A stretch of DNA of 64,000 bases from a virus: IMG/VR virus record IMGVR_UViG_3300045988_121070, one strand, 5' to 3'. The position numbers and the translations under genes are program-made. Each line of letters opens with the position of its first letter. The stretch's first letter is position 1. This document shows, piece by piece, positions 8,201-19,200 of this stretch. The notes below the pieces were generated by a model. The model searched no databases. It had not been told where the DNA came from and saw only the letters and a list, made by a program, of their open reading frames with translations.

Positions 8201-10822
8201 TTATAGAACATAAAACTCCACTTCGAGGCTGTTCAAGCCATCTTTCGCAGAGACATTATAGGATAGTTTGTTGATGAAGCCCACCATACCGTTGATACGG
8301 AAGCGTCGCGTCCAATGGTTAGGCACGTCTGCCACCTGAGCGGCAGAGCAGTCTATGCGTATGCGGTATTTGCGGCGTTTGAGGATGAAGTTAGCATATT
8401 CCGATAGGAACGTGTCGAAGAGACCACGCGACTTGATTTTCTTCTCGATGTTACCCTGGCCATCCACTACGTCCGCATCCACCAATGGTGCATCAGCCCA
8501 TTCCGGCTGTACCCACGAGCGTATTTTCAGAGAGAAGCGTTCGCCCCCACCGATGCCAGGAGTCACACCGTTGTAGTCATATTCATTGCCCCACATATCG
8601 AGGCTGTCCGAGGTGAGCGCATAGAGACCCGCTACCGTGCGCCATTTACTGTTTCCGAAGCCGTCGTAGTTATGATCATACGTCTGTATGGTTGCATCCG
8701 TACCACCACCACGCATAATGGCGATAGCGAGGCCCCAATCCACCGACTGCAGCGGGCTATTTCCGTCATCCGACTGTGTTGGGTCATAATTCTCCACCAT
8801 GTTATCCAGCACCTCGTCGAAGTAGAACTCCGCCACGTTAGAAGCCAGTGTCTGACGTATGCGATGCTCCAGGAACTCATGTTCCATCTGTTCATCCACG
8901 AAAGCAGCGAGGATAGGCTGTTCCTGGTCAGCGTTCAGGATAATCTGGTAGCCGTCCGATTTCATCTGTCCCGACGCGGAATTGACCTCATTCTGATAGT
9001 TTACATCGTTGAACACCATCGGTACGAAATCCGACTTTATCTCCTCGATGAAGTCCTTGTTAAGATCCGAGCAGTCACCCAGTTCCACACCCTTATACTG
9101 TCCCACCTCGAAGAGCACAGGTTTCAGGTCCATTGCCGTTTCCGCGTCGCTGTTGACCTTGATGCGGTATTTGTTACCCGTTGCCTTATCCACATAGACG
9201 TTTGTGTTACCACTGGCATTGTTCTGTTGGGGAGTACGGAAAATCTCTTCGTAGTGCTTATCCGTGATGGTAGAACCCTGTGGGTAATCGATGTAGTCGT
9301 AGGACGTATCATAGTCCTTTTTGCCGGAGCGGATATTACCCTGCTGTTCCTTACTGCTGCTTTCCGCTGAGTAGCACATGCGCACACCCGTAATTTTCTC
9401 CGCTATTTTGTGCATGGATATTACACGTCCTGGGAAGTCGATAGGTTCCTGTGTGTCACGGAACACCTCACGGACGTAGTAAGCACGTACATGCTTCTTC
9501 TCGTAGTCATACTCGAAGCGGATGCCGAAAGAAGCCCAGAGGCTATCCAGTACCGTCTTTACCGACTCGTCGGGGAAGTTCTGGCTGTTAGCATACATGC
9601 GCATGATGTTGCCCGATACCGAGCGGCTACGCACGATAGACTCCACCATGATCGTGCTCACGCCATCCTTACCCACTTCTGCATGATGACGCACTCCGTT
9701 AGAGTCGATATAGTCCACGTTGTTGACCATACGGTTTCCGCCGTCGTGGAACTCAAAGTGAGCACCTGTGCCACGCGATGTCAGCCATGCGTTAATCTGT
9801 TCTATGGTGGTGAAGTACGGCACCTGGTTCGGGTACTTATATTCTTCGTCGTACTTACAATGCGTTGTAAAGAAACAAAGGTGACGCATATCCTCCACCT
9901 GGAGCAGTTCGCTATTGTCGAACGATACCCCCAGATAGGCAAAGAGACAGTCGAGGAAGTAGAGCACGTAGAAGCAGATGCCCGACTGTTGGCGGTCAGC
10001 ATCCAGCACCCAGTAAGGCCATTTGTTTTCAGGACCGCCACGTTTGGTAATCGGGTTGATGACATTAGAAGTCTTTTTCCCCTCGTCATCGAGGCCATAA
10101 TGGTAGTATGCCACGCGAGCGTTGCAATACTTCGCATTAGGGTATGGTTCGCTGACATTGATAAAGCTCTGGCGAATGGACGGTTTGTTACGTTTCTTGC
10201 CATCGTCGTAGTTCACTTCCGATGCCACTATTGCCTCTTCCTTGCTGCCAGTGGTGTTGCACTCAGCAGGGCAGGAAAAGCCCAGCGCCTGTGGCGTAAA
10301 TACCACCTCAGACGAATCCGTTGCCGACGGCCATTCGTCGGTGTCCGCCTTTTTACCATCCCATGTGATATGTACGTGATACTGATAGTTGATAGATGCA
10401 GAAACGGCACCAATCTTTTCGCCGATGAGTATTCTATCTTTGAGTGGGATGTCCTGACATTTCAGATCGCCTATGAGGTCGTCGATAGAGTGATCAGAAG
10501 CCGAGATATTCATGGTCAGCGCACCATCTATCTCTTCATCCTCGGCAGTTACAAGCGTACCAGAGCGGAACGGTTGGTTATCCACCACAATACGCATCTT
10601 GGTATGTTCGAGACCTACTGGACGGTCGATGTTCAGCGGGTCGTCGATATTCCCCAACAGAAAGCGATTACCCTCCATCGGCATCCGACAAGGGTATGAG
10701 AACATTTCGTTATCGTTGAAGAGCGGGTTTTGGTCGTCGATGTCTATGCTGAAGTCATCGGGGAGGTTCAGCGGGACTTGTTTGCCGTTCTTCAGGGCTG
10801 TAATGGCGATATGACTGTTCAT
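8201..10822 (-). CDS. Large structural protein (baseplate or tail-associated)
   Basis: 873 aa ORF in the structural string. No motif recognised. Confidence 0.6.
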   Translation of the reverse strand: MNSHIAITALKNGKQVPLNLPDDFSIDIDDQNPLFNDNEMFSYPCRMPMEGNRFLLGNIDDPLNIDRPVGLEHTKMRIVVDNQPFRSGTLVTAEDEEIDGALTMNISASDHSIDDLIGDLKCQDIPLKDRILIGEKIGAVSASINYQYHVHITWDGKKADTDEWPSATDSSEVVFTPQALGFSCPAECNTTGSKEEAIVASEVNYDDGKKRNKPSIRQSFINVSEPYPNAKYCNARVAYYHYGLDDEGKKTSNVINPITKRGGPENKWPYWVLDADRQQSGICFYVLYFLDCLFAYLGVSFDNSELLQVEDMRHLCFFTTHCKYDEEYKYPNQVPYFTTIEQINAWLTSRGTGAHFEFHDGGNRMVNNVDYIDSNGVRHHAEVGKDGVSTIMVESIVRSRSVSGNIMRMYANSQNFPDESVKTVLDSLWASFGIRFEYDYEKKHVRAYYVREVFRDTQEPIDFPGRVISMHKIAEKITGVRMCYSAESSSKEQQGNIRSGKKDYDTSYDYIDYPQGSTITDKHYEEIFRTPQQNNASGNTNVYVDKATGNKYRIKVNSDAETAMDLKPVLFEVGQYKGVELGDCSDLNKDFIEEIKSDFVPMVFNDVNYQNEVNSASGQMKSDGYQIILNADQEQPILAAFVDEQMEHEFLEHRIRQTLASNVAEFYFDEVLDNMVENYDPTQSDDGNSPLQSVDWGLAIAIMRGGGTDATIQTYDHNYDGFGNSKWRTVAGLYALTSDSLDMWGNEYDYNGVTPGIGGGERFSLKIRSWVQPEWADAPLVDADVVDGQGNIEKKIKSRGLFDTFLSEYANFILKRRKYRIRIDCSAAQVADVPNHWTRRFRINGMVGFINKLSYNVSAKDGLNSLEVEFYVL

Positions 10823-10836
10823 ATACTAATTATTTG

Positions 10837-10864
10837 GCTGCGATATTATCGCAGCATACGGGAC
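10837..10864 (-). promoter_or_regulatory. PAL-A copy, intergenic
   Basis: gctgcgatattatcgcagcatacgggac between stop 10864 and ATG 10822. Confidence 0.65.
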
Positions 10865-11604
10865 TATTCTATGACCAAGCGAGCCTGGTCGTTAAGTTTG
10901 ATACGTCGAGAGGTGAAGCTATTGATGACAGCATCGTTATAGGCGATGATGTCGAGGTGTCCTTTGTCATGCAGGACACCACCAGCGACATAGATGGTTG
11001 TAGAGTCGTAGCAAGTAATGTCACCTTTGCCGTTGACCACAGCACGGTCACGAGCGATAAGCGTACCCTGTTCTATGTTCGCACGAGCCGAGCCGGTGAC
11101 GGTGACGTTGGCACGAGCGCTGTTGATATGTACGCTGCTGTTATCGGTGACGGTCACGGGGAGGTCGCCGAGGACATAGACACGGTGGCGGCCACGGATG
11201 ACGAGGTGAGAGGTGTCACTACCTACGGGACGGTCGCCGATGAGTATCATGGCGTTGGTGGTAGGACCCAACGGAGAAGCGCTGGGCACGGTTGCTGCAT
11301 CGGAGGGCGAAATGGGAGATATAGGGTTTTCAGGATAGATACCGACGGGAGGAGCCTCGTTGTAATAGACACCGGCACGGATGATGTCTTCACGATAGAC
11401 AGGGTAGAGGTCGGCAAACGCTTTTATTACCTGTTCGGGTACTTCGTGGAGGACACCCGCCCAAAAGCGCTGCCATGCCGTCACCAGTTCGGGAACGGAA
11501 CGAGCAGCCTTGAACTGCTGTTGAGACTCCATGCAGTTGTCGGACTGAGCGAGGATGCCAATGCAGAGCTGCTGAAAGCGGTCGAAATATGGGTCTTTTT
11601 TCAT
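10864..11604 (-). CDS. Hypothetical protein with beta-helix-like repeats
   Basis: 246 aa. The C-terminal half has short repetitive V/I-x-G/N strands (VTVTDNSSVHINSARANVTVTGSARANIEQG...). Confidence 0.55.
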   Translation of the reverse strand: MKKDPYFDRFQQLCIGILAQSDNCMESQQQFKAARSVPELVTAWQRFWAGVLHEVPEQVIKAFADLYPVYREDIIRAGVYYNEAPPVGIYPENPISPISPSDAATVPSASPLGPTTNAMILIGDRPVGSDTSHLVIRGRHRVYVLGDLPVTVTDNSSVHINSARANVTVTGSARANIEQGTLIARDRAVVNGKGDITCYDSTTIYVAGGVLHDKGHLDIIAYNDAVINSFTSRRIKLNDQARLVIE

Positions 11605-11623
11605 AATCTTTATTTTTTATCTC

Positions 11624-11638
11624 GGCGACGGAATCGCC
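11624..11638. promoter_or_regulatory. PAL-B variant
   Basis: ggcgacggaatcgcc followed by gagcacacta. Confidence 0.5.
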
Positions 11639-11645
11639 GAGCACA

Positions 11646-14174
11646 CTACATTTGAACGATGTTGGGGATGGAAATACCATTGTACGAAGCCGTGATGATG
11701 AAGTTGACGATAGGGCCACTTCCCCATGATGGCGGCATGTCGTCGTTGGTGATGCGTATAGTGCGCGTCTGCGGTGTTGACGGCCAGTGTGCGTTAGGCC
11801 ATCCTTGATCAGCCTGGCGGTCAGCAGGAGTGCGCGTGTCGGTTTCTTCCCCATAGTTGCCCGTATAGCGAGACCATGACCAGTCAGAATCAGACAATTC
11901 GTTGGTGAGGTCGAAGTTGCCACACAGCAGGTGCGGGTCGAGAAACAGGTTGACGCTGCCAGGATATTGAGCAGCCGACGTGATGCGTTGTCCGCTCTCA
12001 TTGTAGAAAGCAATAGAGAGGTCGTTAACACCATACACCATGCCCCATGACGTACTGAGCGGATGCGGTTCCTCTCCGAGTGAGGAAGCCACCTTCAGAT
12101 ACCACTTACAACCTCCGTGAGTGACTGTAGGGTACTGACGCGGTGTTTTGGTGTATTCGGTGGCAGCGTCCCAGGGACCGAGGAACAATTCTTCTGCGTA
12201 GGCACGAGAGAGTACGAACGATGCCGAGGTAGTGAAAGTGTCGGTGGTGGTATCTGTTGTTACCTCACGCGATGCAGCCACCACGAATACAGCGCCCTTC
12301 TCCGGCACGTCCGAGAACTGGAAGTAGAGGGCAGACGGAATGCCGTCTGGGTAGCGTTGAGCGATAGCCGCATTCCATGCAGCATCCGCTGTTGCGTCAC
12401 CCGACTGACGAGTGATGTGCATGGTGTAGTTACCCGAAATAATATTCCCCTCCACGTCGCGCAGTACGAAGTCAGCCCTTTGCCGTTCTCCCTCCGCAAT
12501 AGTCCCGTCGGGACGTGACAGCTGGATGTCAATGCGATCAGAGAATCGCGTAAACATATCCACCACGCCATAGATGTGCGCATCCTTGGTGACGAAGCCC
12601 TCTCCGTTGAACTCCTTGCGCGTGATTTGTCCGTCGCGGTTTTCCAACATGGTAAAGCCGGTAAGGTCGCCCCAACCACCCATGAATGTATGTTCCTCCC
12701 ACTCCCAGGTGTTGACACCCTCGAAGCGAGCCATATACTTGGTGGTATAGACAAAGAAGTTCTGACGTTCAGGATGATCGACACCGAAGTAGCCAGAGAC
12801 AGACAGCACCGACCATTTTTCGGGAGCAGGAGAATAAGTAGCCGGAGAAGTATTGAACTGACGCATCTGTACGGTGACGAGACCATTTTGCAGGATGCGG
12901 TCTCCCTCCTGTGGCACGTAGCTGCTATCCTGAGCGATGTAGTAAGTCACATCCTCCACCACACGTTCAACGACGTTGGCCACGGCAATGGCGCGAGCGT
13001 AGATAGACTGGAATCCCGCACGGTTGATATTACCTCGGCGGTCATCGCTGCTGGTTGTAGCATTTTTAGAGCCATCCATGTTATGCCAGAAGCCACGCAG
13101 AATGTCGTTGACGATAAACTCACCAGGTTCGCCATCGTTCAGGTCGAGCACGAACTGGCAGGTATGATTTGTTTCGTCGTTGTCGATGATCTCCTTAACA
13201 CGGCCTTTACCGGCAGAGTCCCAACGAGTACCCGCCAATACCTCGATACTGTTGTATTTGAGCGTTGGTACCGAGAGTTCCTGTGACAGTTCCAGCGAGC
13301 GAGCGATAATAGTGCCATCCGGCAGTACACGAACACCCTGGCGCGAGCCAATACCCACCTGTATATCCTTTTCATAGTCGCCGAAGGTAACAGTACGTTT
13401 CAGTACCGTTTCCCCTTTGACCTGAATAGAGTTATTGAAGGTGATGTCGCCATTTGCTACGTCATCGTGCGTCTTCGACAGCCAATGGTCATCCGCATAC
13501 TTAGGCGTTACCAACGTGTCGTTAGAAGTCTCAGGAGTATTTTCGCCTGCCACCCCATTGATGGTGTGGCCATGAAGTACCAGTTGCGTGATGCTTGCCC
13601 ATGCCGTTGTCAATTTGTCGAAAATCGCCTCACTGATGGTCTTCAGAAACTTCACCTTATCGTTGGTGGCATTATATTCCCACCATGAGCCTTCACCACC
13701 GGCAGCAATGGCTTCGTCGGAAGCCAGTTTACCACAATCCACATCCTGCGTCCAGGTGCGGTTCTGTGTGACACCATTCACACGCGATGCACTGATGATG
13801 CCCTGTGTAAAGATGTAGTAATAGTCCAGTTTGTCTGCTACCTGGCGGCCCTGAGCATTATAGCCATAGATATCAATCTCTTCTGGAGAGAAGCACACCT
13901 GAGCGCGAGCGTCGGCAGCGTTAGACTTCGGGATGGCGATATACACCCAACGAGGGTTATCATCGTGGAATACCGTTGGTGACGAAATCAGTTGCCAACG
14001 GCGGTAGTTATGCGCGTTGTCGTACCCCAGTCCATCGATGCCCTTCATATAGCACATGACCATAGATCCATCCGCGCAGTTAGCATGGATGAAGTTACGG
14101 TCGCCGGCAGCGTTGAGCTGGATAAAGATGGCGCTGGTAGAGAACCAGTAATCAGAGGGACGTGCTTGGGTCAT
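11646..14174 (-). CDS. Large tail or receptor-binding structural protein
   Basis: 842 aa ORF in the tail string. Confidence 0.6.
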   Translation of the reverse strand: MTQARPSDYWFSTSAIFIQLNAAGDRNFIHANCADGSMVMCYMKGIDGLGYDNAHNYRRWQLISSPTVFHDDNPRWVYIAIPKSNAADARAQVCFSPEEIDIYGYNAQGRQVADKLDYYYIFTQGIISASRVNGVTQNRTWTQDVDCGKLASDEAIAAGGEGSWWEYNATNDKVKFLKTISEAIFDKLTTAWASITQLVLHGHTINGVAGENTPETSNDTLVTPKYADDHWLSKTHDDVANGDITFNNSIQVKGETVLKRTVTFGDYEKDIQVGIGSRQGVRVLPDGTIIARSLELSQELSVPTLKYNSIEVLAGTRWDSAGKGRVKEIIDNDETNHTCQFVLDLNDGEPGEFIVNDILRGFWHNMDGSKNATTSSDDRRGNINRAGFQSIYARAIAVANVVERVVEDVTYYIAQDSSYVPQEGDRILQNGLVTVQMRQFNTSPATYSPAPEKWSVLSVSGYFGVDHPERQNFFVYTTKYMARFEGVNTWEWEEHTFMGGWGDLTGFTMLENRDGQITRKEFNGEGFVTKDAHIYGVVDMFTRFSDRIDIQLSRPDGTIAEGERQRADFVLRDVEGNIISGNYTMHITRQSGDATADAAWNAAIAQRYPDGIPSALYFQFSDVPEKGAVFVVAASREVTTDTTTDTFTTSASFVLSRAYAEELFLGPWDAATEYTKTPRQYPTVTHGGCKWYLKVASSLGEEPHPLSTSWGMVYGVNDLSIAFYNESGQRITSAAQYPGSVNLFLDPHLLCGNFDLTNELSDSDWSWSRYTGNYGEETDTRTPADRQADQGWPNAHWPSTPQTRTIRITNDDMPPSWGSGPIVNFIITASYNGISIPNIVQM

Positions 14175-14177
14175 TTT

Positions 14178-15380
14178 TTATAGAGGGAGAGCAGGTGTTA
14201 CGAACATGACGGCATCGTCGCTATTGTTTTGGAATGAGGGGTTATAGTCATCGTCGGACCCAGCGGGCGAACCGCTGGACGCTGTAGCCACATAGAGTGG
14301 GGAAGAGGTGAAAGCCTCCAAAGCCTTTTCCGGCATGTCAGGCTGATGCTGCTGCAGATATTCCGAGAGGTCGGTGGTAAGACGTACAGCCTCGTTGCGA
14401 GCCGTCTCACGGCGAGGGTCTGTTGTCTTCAGCTGCATGGTACGCGCTTCGAGGTGATGCGCTACTGCCTTGCGGAGCTTGTGGATGATGCGGCGTAGGA
14501 GTTTTACATCCTTCTCACTGGCACAACCAGCGAGCACACTGTTATCCGTCTTCTGTGAGCACTCTATGAGGTAGTCGAGGAAGTCTTCACCAATGATCGG
14601 AGCGATGATGTCCTCCTGGATATAGCGGAGATCAGGAAGCATGGTGATAAATTTTTCGCGGGAGTCGTAGATGTTGAGATATTCCTGAAGGACTGTAGCA
14701 GAGGGGATGACGAGAGAGGCCGCGAGGTAGAAGTAGCGAGATTGAACCCAGAGAGCTGCTATCTCCGCTTTCTCGGTGGCGGGGTCTTCGTCAGCAGAGG
14801 GAGCAGCGGCAGAACCACTATCTGCGGAACTGTCATCGGAAGACCCCGATGGAGAACCATCGAGCACGGTGGCTGCAGGCGCTGGAGCCAGCGGATTGTC
14901 GGGGTTGGTTGGTGTAACCTCTTTGTACCACTGTTCGAGGAGCACGAGGAGGGCATTGATAGCCGCATGAGTCTCTTTGATGCAGGTTGATTTGTAGGCG
15001 GCGATTGCTTTGTCATCCGCTTTGCCGTAATCGTCGGCGGTAGAGATATTCACGCCGGAGCCATTGACGCTGACAGCCTGAATGTCGATAGCACGTCCGA
15101 GAGCATCGAAGGTGATGATGCGCTGGCAGACGGTGAGCAGCTGTGCGTAAGGCGGCATGTCTTCGCCTTTGGTGACAGTCTGGATGAACGTAGAGATACC
15201 ATCCTCGCTGTTACGGAGGTCGCGGTAGTATTTTACCAATGCCTCATAGAGCGGGGTGCCCAGTTTTTCGAGCAGGGTGTCCTTTTCAGAGCTTGCGATA
15301 TAGCCCTGAATGGTGTCGATGTGGTCGATGGCGTTTGCCGGTGAGTAGAGACGCAGCTCTTCGGTTGTGGAGATAAGCAT
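14178..15380 (-). CDS. Hypothetical structural protein with two in-frame hairpin inserts
   Basis: 400 aa. Hairpin copies at 14260-14278 (SSGSPAG) and 14847-14862 (LDGSPSG). Confidence 0.6.
   Translation of the reverse strand: MLISTTEELRLYSPANAIDHIDTIQGYIASSEKDTLLEKLGTPLYEALVKYYRDLRNSEDGISTFIQTVTKGEDMPPYAQLLTVCQRIITFDALGRAIDIQAVSVNGSGVNISTADDYGKADDKAIAAYKSTCIKETHAAINALLVLLEQWYKEVTPTNPDNPLAPAPAATVLDGSPSGSSDDSSADSGSAAAPSADEDPATEKAEIAALWVQSRYFYLAASLVIPSATVLQEYLNIYDSREKFITMLPDLRYIQEDIIAPIIGEDFLDYLIECSQKTDNSVLAGCASEKDVKLLRRIIHKLRKAVAHHLEARTMQLKTTDPRRETARNEAVRLTTDLSEYLQQHQPDMPEKALEAFTSSPLYVATASSGSPAGSDDDYNPSFQNNSDDAVMFVTPALPL
14260..14278 (-). repeat. GC hairpin family copy inside a CDS
   Basis: ccagcgggcgaaccgctgg followed by acgctgtag. 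Encodes SGSPAG. Confidence 0.65.
14847..14862 (-). repeat. GC hairpin family copy inside a CDS (different stem)
   Basis: cgatggagaaccatcg followed by agcacggtgg. Encodes DGSPS. Confidence 0.55.
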
Positions 15381-15397
15381 AACTTTTTCTTTTTATG

Positions 15398-15425
15398 GCT
15401 GCGATGGTATCGCAGCATACGGAAC
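15398..15425 (-). promoter_or_regulatory. PAL-A copy in a 5' leader
   Basis: gctgcgatggtatcgcagcatacggaac between the -7 box and ATG 15380. Confidence 0.65.
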
Positions 15426-15440
15426 ATACTTTTTATGACA

Positions 15441-15477
15441 CAAAGATACGAAGAAGAGGTGACGAGGGTGGGACAAA
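15441..15477 (-). promoter_or_regulatory. Promoter module: TATCTTTG plus TTTGTCCCACCCTCGTCAC
   Basis: Same architecture as 6970-7006. Confidence 0.55.
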
Positions 15478-15484
15478 GCGTGAC

Positions 15485-15499
15485 GGCGATGCAATCGCC
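15485..15499. promoter_or_regulatory. PAL-B copy
   Basis: ggcgatgcaatcgcc followed by ttgcaagagacgggaca. Confidence 0.6.
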
Positions 15500-15517
15500 T
15501 TGCAAGAGACGGGACAT

Positions 15518-15543
15518 AAAAAACCCAGCGGGGAACCGCTGGG
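15518..15543 (-). terminator. Intrinsic terminator after the endolysin gene
   Basis: On the minus strand, cccagcggttccccgctggg is followed by tttttt. Confidence 0.7.
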
Positions 15544-15551
15544 CACTGTGG

Positions 15552-16265
15552 TTAATATTTGTCGCAGTAGGCGAGGATGGCTTCTACGTGTAGGCGGGTG
15601 ATGGCTTGGCGGCCTACATCGGAGGTGAGGAATGCCACATCGCGGCGGTTGTCCTGGAAGAGGTTTTCCGTGAGGACTGCTGGGCAGGCCGTCTTACGGA
15701 GCACGAAGAGATTAGCTTCCATGTCGCGGTCGCCGTCGGACTTATCCATGCGGAAAGGCACCTGTTTCTCGGTGTAGTCGCCACGGCGCTTGCCTTCATC
15801 GATGATATCGACATAAGGGCGCAGGTTGGTGATAGCAGCATCGTAGAAGCATTCAGCGAGGCGGTCGGACTTTGTAGTGCCAGGAGTGGTGTAGCAGCAC
15901 CAGCCACCCGCGCCATGCCATTTGCCGTCATCGCCAGCGCCATTGACGTGAATAGAGACATAGAGGCAGTTGTCTTTGCCATACTGCTGACAGATTTTGT
16001 TGACCTGCTGACAGCGGTAGTTCAGTTCAGCAGCCTGTTCGCCATCCTTATAGCCGAGACGTTTGCGAGCATCCGTCCAGGGCTTCAGTGGTTGCAGTGG
16101 TGCATAGTCGGTGAAGCATGTGTAGCCATAGGTGCGTTCCATAATCGCTTTGATGTCAGCGATGAGTTCGCGAGAATAGACCGCCTCACGGAAAGCACCG
16201 TCAGGCGAGCATTTGCCTGGGGTGCTGTCAAGGTGAGCGGTACCGAAGATGATTACTTTTTTCAT
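15552..16265 (-). CDS. N-acetylmuramoyl-L-alanine amidase (endolysin)
   Basis: 237 aa. LYVSIHVNGAG and VLTENLFQDN match the Amidase_3 Zn-ligand pattern (H..E..H). Confidence 0.8.
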   Translation of the reverse strand: MKKVIIFGTAHLDSTPGKCSPDGAFREAVYSRELIADIKAIMERTYGYTCFTDYAPLQPLKPWTDARKRLGYKDGEQAAELNYRCQQVNKICQQYGKDNCLYVSIHVNGAGDDGKWHGAGGWCCYTTPGTTKSDRLAECFYDAAITNLRPYVDIIDEGKRRGDYTEKQVPFRMDKSDGDRDMEANLFVLRKTACPAVLTENLFQDNRRDVAFLTSDVGRQAITRLHVEAILAYCDKY

Positions 16266-16293
16266 TGATTTATGAATTTATGAATTTATGAAA

Positions 16294-19200
16294 TTAGTTA
16301 CGATGTGAAATAATATAAGCGTCGAAGTTAGTACCATCATAGACAATTTTCAGATGAACAGTATCGCCTGCAGCCATTTCTATTCCGTTTTGCTGATCGC
16401 CATAATCATTATTACGAATATGAGGACAATCCGTTGCTCCAGAACGATAGCCGAGTAGCCAGAAATGTGTACCAGCACTTGCCATAACATACATGTCAAA
16501 AGCAAAACGGCCCGTGCTGCCACATCCTAATAGCGAATAGATTGTGTATCTTGACGGCAAATACACAGATTGATATGTGCCGGAAATCAATACGTTGTTT
16601 CCTTGTTTAAGAGGAATTGCATTATTGCTTGAAGAGGGTGTAAAGATATTAAGTTTATATCCACACATAATGCCATTAAGAACACCATCGCCATTACCTC
16701 CGAAAGCACGGTCATATCCCCACGAGTTAGAATTACGGAAGTCAAAGATAATACCCGTAGCTTTTAAGGAGTCATTAGATGTATCAGTTAGGCGAACCAA
16801 CATTGGTTGACCGAGGCTACTCCATGTTCCAAGAATGGCCTGTTTTCCAGTTCCTCCGTTAAAACAGATAAACTCATCATATAGAGAAAGACCTTCATAA
16901 GTCGTAGCACCACCAGCATTAGCACGTCCAATTCTACCAGAAGCAAGTTCCCAACCTCCGATTTCTCCATATTCGATATTCGCATTCTGAAAAGTTCCAT
17001 CTTTCGATGTTATATTATCATACGTTCCGCCATTCGCTGTTACGTTGCCATTCTCATCGAGGGTAAATTTGCCGTTAGCACCTCTGATCTTAGAGACGGT
17101 GAGTTTGTCGGTAAAGATTTCCTCGGCAAACATGGCATCGACGATGGAGAATTTGAGGTTAGAGGCTTTTTCCCAGTGTTCGGTGTCGAGGTAAGGCTGT
17201 GTGGTAGAGAGGTAGCCTTGTGAGGTGGTACGCTTCTTCAGGCGGTACCACGTCTTGTTGGTGTTAGATGCACTGATGGCAGCCTGTATGGTGTCACGCT
17301 GTCCGTTGCAGTAGTAGTAACGTGTTCCTGAGCGCCATGTGCCACATGGGTTGTGATCGCAGTGCATATCATTGTCGCCTTCATGTTCGCACCATGGCGT
17401 AGCCATGATACACTCCTCCAATTTGGGGTTGCATATCTCCACATAGGTATTGAATATGCGGAAGAGGATTTTTTGGTCGGCAGCCGTGATCTCAGACTTA
17501 GTGAGGAACGTGACAGAGTGGTGCGTCCAACCGAGGTTGTCGGCCAGGTCGTCGTCATTGTCGAGATACCACTGTATGCCGGTATCACCAGGGAGGTTTG
17601 TCTTTACCACACCATCGACGAAGTAGGTAGTGCCACCAGCCACTGCAGACGGATAGCAATAGGTATCGAAACGGCTGTTGTTGGTGGTGCAAAGAATGCG
17701 CCACCAGTTGACCGTTACCGACTGTCCTGGGTCGCCGGCATGACCTGACGTTTTATAGGCATAGAAACCCATTTTATAGTAGCCGGCTCTTGTTACGGTG
17801 AGTATGCCCGTTGTTGCCGTTCCATCGGCTGTGGTGTCGATAGATGTTGATACGCAGATACCCCAGTCCTCCGTCTGTCCGTAGTCGCCAGAGTACCATA
17901 GATAGCCATTCAGTTGCACACCGGCATTCTTAGCAGCCTGAGAGCAGTGTCCGTTGAACTGGAGTTTATAGGAGCCGGCCTTCAGATAGATATTCTGGAA
18001 GAAGAAGCCGTAGGTATCGCCTGTGACATTGATATAGCGACGTGTGCGGCTATAGAATGACAGCGTGTAGTAGTTGGCAGGGCGTATCTTACCGATATTG
18101 CCAGGCGAGAACACCAGCTGCTGTAACATTTCGCGATAGGTGGCCGAAGAGGGGAAGATGCCCCATGCGTTATGCTGGCCACGCGCCTGTGGTATCACCT
18201 CTCCATTGGCAGTCATCCATTTATTCATAACATCCTCCGAGTCGAAAGCCGTTTGTTCGAGGAGGTTAGGCTGTATGCCCATGTTATACACCTGTACCAG
18301 TTTGATGATGTTCTTATTCATCGACGTGTCCTCGGTGTATTCTATATGTTCACACTGCCAGAGATACGGTTTCGCATTTGTTGGTGCCGTAGGACATCCA
18401 GAAGTTCCCTGCTTATACCATCCATTCGCCGTAGTGAGCGGTGTTGTAGGCGGTGTAGGCGTTGCCGTGAGGCAGTAGTAAAAGTCATCCACGCTAATGC
18501 CGTTACCAGGGTCGCCTTCCCCTTCAGGACCACGCGAGCCGTCGGTGATGATAGGTATCGTCTCACGATCGAGGCGTACCGAGCCAGACACACTACGAGC
18601 GCCACGCCATAGTTCGAGCACCAGAGAAGTATATCCATTGTTCGGGTACCACTGCGACACGGTAACACCCGATGTAGGAAGCACCGATGAAGGTGATGCC
18701 GCTCCGTTCCAGCCATAATAGAGATAATAGCCGGAGAGAGAAGAGTAGTTGGTGGTGGTGTTACCCTTAACCAGCTGTATTTGGCATGTGAGCGTGTAAG
18801 AACGCGTATTGATGTTGCCGTTGGCATTACGGTCGAATGGTAGGGTAGTCTGTGACGGCAGCAGCTGGTACAGTTCTGCATCCTCTCCCTTTCCTCCACT
18901 CTTCACAGCACAGATGGTAAAGACAGCCTCGCGGGTGCCATAGGTAGCATGAACAGCCCTAAAGGTAATCTCCGATATCTCAGCAGGAGTGGTGTCAGCC
19001 GCAATCGTGACGACGGGGTTCAGCGGGTCGTCGAGGTTGACAGTGAATCCCGACGGGATATTATTCGCCGTGATGGTGCATGACGAGCCGACGGCAGTGG
19101 TGCCATAGTACGCCTGCAGACCGAAGGAGAGTGTCTTTTGCGTCTCAACCTTACCCTGTTGGTTGACGGGGATAGCCGCCATTTCGTTGTCGATATCGAG

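Noticed and set aside
9410-10699. 429 aa plus-strand ORF, with similar long plus-strand ORFs at 15606..16268, 23591..24562, 34785..35537, 36385..37164 and 54370..55350.
   Set aside because: Each lies fully antisense to a longer minus-strand gene with recognisable motifs or clear operon context. Their sequences are low-complexity and rich in R, H and V. I treat them as shadow ORFs.
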